A DNA stretch of 64,000 nucleotides from an uncultured delta proteobacterium (GTDB lineage Bacteria > Desulfobacterota > Desulfobacteria > Desulfobacterales > UBA2156). The stretch covers positions 96,001 through 160,000 of the forward strand of contig CAVTQK010000021.1 in NCBI GenBank assembly GCA_963736855.1, given 5' to 3'. The translations under genes and the position numbers were made by a program. The stretch's first letter is position 1; the number at the start of each line of letters is the position of its first letter. The notes beneath the pieces were generated by a model. It worked only from the letters and a program-made list of their open reading frames with translations, searched no databases and was not told where the DNA came from. Below, in pieces: positions 62,630-64,000 of the stretch.

Positions 62630-63994
62630 CTATCTGATCTGGGCTTTGAACGATGCCCGGTAACGGTAGGTGACGCCAAAAAATTCACCCTCTTTAGTGC
62701 TGTAGGCCCTGCCCGCGATGAAGCCCTCGCCAGCGGGCCTGGGCTCGAAGACCTCGTCGCTTGATACTCCGCTGGGACTGGCCTCGAAGGCTGAGTGGCG
62801 CAGCTTGCGCGAGATAACCTGCCCCCCGGCGTTGATGGTCAGCTCCACGCAGCGCAGCGTGCCGGACTTCTCCAGTTTCTGCCGCTGGGCCCAGTCGGTT
62901 AGCGCCTCCTCGTCCAAGGCCATGTTGGACAGAATCACCACCGTGTCCAGCCTGTTCTTGTCGAAAAAGCTCGGTTTGCTGTAAGCGTAAGCATACTTCA
63001 GGGCAGTGGCCTCGCCGTTGACCGACAGCTCGCCCTCGGCCTCATTCGCCGCCGCGGGCACCGTCGCGGGCGGTGCCTCGACCTCCGCCTTTTTCGCGAT
63101 CTTGGCCGTGACGGCGGAAAGCTGCAGCATGGGGTTGGTCTTGAGTTTCTCGGCGATGGCAGCCTTGTCCGCCCGGGGATTCTGACGTGAAAAGACGTCG
63201 TCGTAGGAGCCGGGCAAAACTCTCCACTGGCCCTCCTCGGCGGCCATCATAACGGCGCTCAGGGTGATGTTATCTGCGCTGTTCGGGTCGCTCTGGAACA
63301 CCAGGATCGCCGCCTTGACGTCGCTGTCGAACTTGAGCAGCTTGCACGCCGCCGGATCGGGAGACATCTCAAGAACAAGGTCCTTCATCTTGGCAAACGA
63401 CTCAGGGGTGATCTCCTCTCCTGGAGTTGTTTCGGTGGCCTTTCCGGCCGGCTTCCGGGGAACATAGACGACCGCCAGAAAAGCCTTGAAATCACCGTCC
63501 GCCAAGGCTCGGCGGAAGCGCTTGTAAAGATTGAGAGCATCGCTGCGAGAAAGGGCCCCGGACTTGGACAGTCCGGCGGCGGGCGCGGGGGGCTTCGCCG
63601 CTGCGTTCCCGGGCGCTTCCGCGGCAGGGGCCGTCGCTTCCGAGCTGAGATAGCGCGCCGCCACCCAGCCGCGCCGTCCCTCGGCGCTTTGCACCTCTAC
63701 CCAGTCTTTCTTCCGGGACAGTACCTCCAGGGCGTCGCCTTTTTTAAGAACACCCAGGATGCTACTGTTGGAGGATGCGCCGGAGCGCAGGTTCAATTGG
63801 CTTGAAGTCACCCTAGCCGTCTCCATTGGCGGCTTCGATACAGGCGTCGGTTCAGCCGCAAGGGGCGTTTCGGATTCAACCACGGGAGGCGCTTTGGTCG
63901 CCTGGGGCGTCGGCGCCGGCTCCCGGGAGGCGCAGCCCATGGCAAAGGCAAAGACCAACGACCAGAGAGTCCACCTCAACAGTCTTCCGCGCAT
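62630..63994 (-). CDS. SH3b-domain lipoprotein (paralogue of 324-1556)
   Basis: Lipobox AMGC; LNLRSG...DWVEV...GWVAARY; NTF2-like middle domain; GC-rich. Confidence 0.8.
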   Translation of the reverse strand: MRGRLLRWTLWSLVFAFAMGCASREPAPTPQATKAPPVVESETPLAAEPTPVSKPPMETARVTSSQLNLRSGASSNSSILGVLKKGDALEVLSRKKDWVEVQSAEGRRGWVAARYLSSEATAPAAEAPGNAAAKPPAPAAGLSKSGALSRSDALNLYKRFRRALADGDFKAFLAVVYVPRKPAGKATETTPGEEITPESFAKMKDLVLEMSPDPAACKLLKFDSDVKAAILVFQSDPNSADNITLSAVMMAAEEGQWRVLPGSYDDVFSRQNPRADKAAIAEKLKTNPMLQLSAVTAKIAKKAEVEAPPATVPAAANEAEGELSVNGEATALKYAYAYSKPSFFDKNRLDTVVILSNMALDEEALTDWAQRQKLEKSGTLRCVELTINAGGQVISRKLRHSAFEASPSGVSSDEVFEPRPAGEGFIAGRAYSTKEGEFFGVTYRYRASFKAQIR

Positions 63995-64000
63995 GGCTTC

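Noticed and set aside
1..64000. CRISPR arrays, tRNA/rRNA genes, integrases, transposases
   Set aside because: None detected by eye; short RNA genes could have been missed without a covariance search

Overview
Chromosomal segment of an anaerobic bacterium; gene content and repeat families suggest Desulfobacterota (inference). In order: an SH3 lipoprotein and a polyferredoxin; a cooF-cooS CO dehydrogenase operon running directly into a HydC/HydB/short HydA-like (NuoEFG-type) flavin module; an operon of a VIT-VWA protein with PEP-CTERM-like tail, exosortase, CreB and CreC behind a 4x cre-tag-like repeat; an AT-richer defence island at about 17-26.7 kb (AAA ATPase, restriction-enzyme remnant, NYN RNase, frameshifted type III R-M, BrnTA, MazEF, DUF2283, pRiA4b); acyl-CoA genes; hutU-ftcd-hutI; a 1026-aa PHP-like membrane protein; a Tm-1-like protein; a Twinkle-like primase-helicase; a hybrid kinase; a Tat/DUF362/NapGH-like redox cluster with galE-rfbB; and a second SH3 lipoprotein. 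The best candidate for an undescribed system is a ~70-nt antisense RNA with its own sigma70 promoter and terminator, lying in the leader of the NYN nuclease gene (possible RNA-antitoxin system). The possibly electron-bifurcating CODH complex is second. Several single-base frameshifts look like long-read errors. All family assignments come from motif recognition, not database searches.
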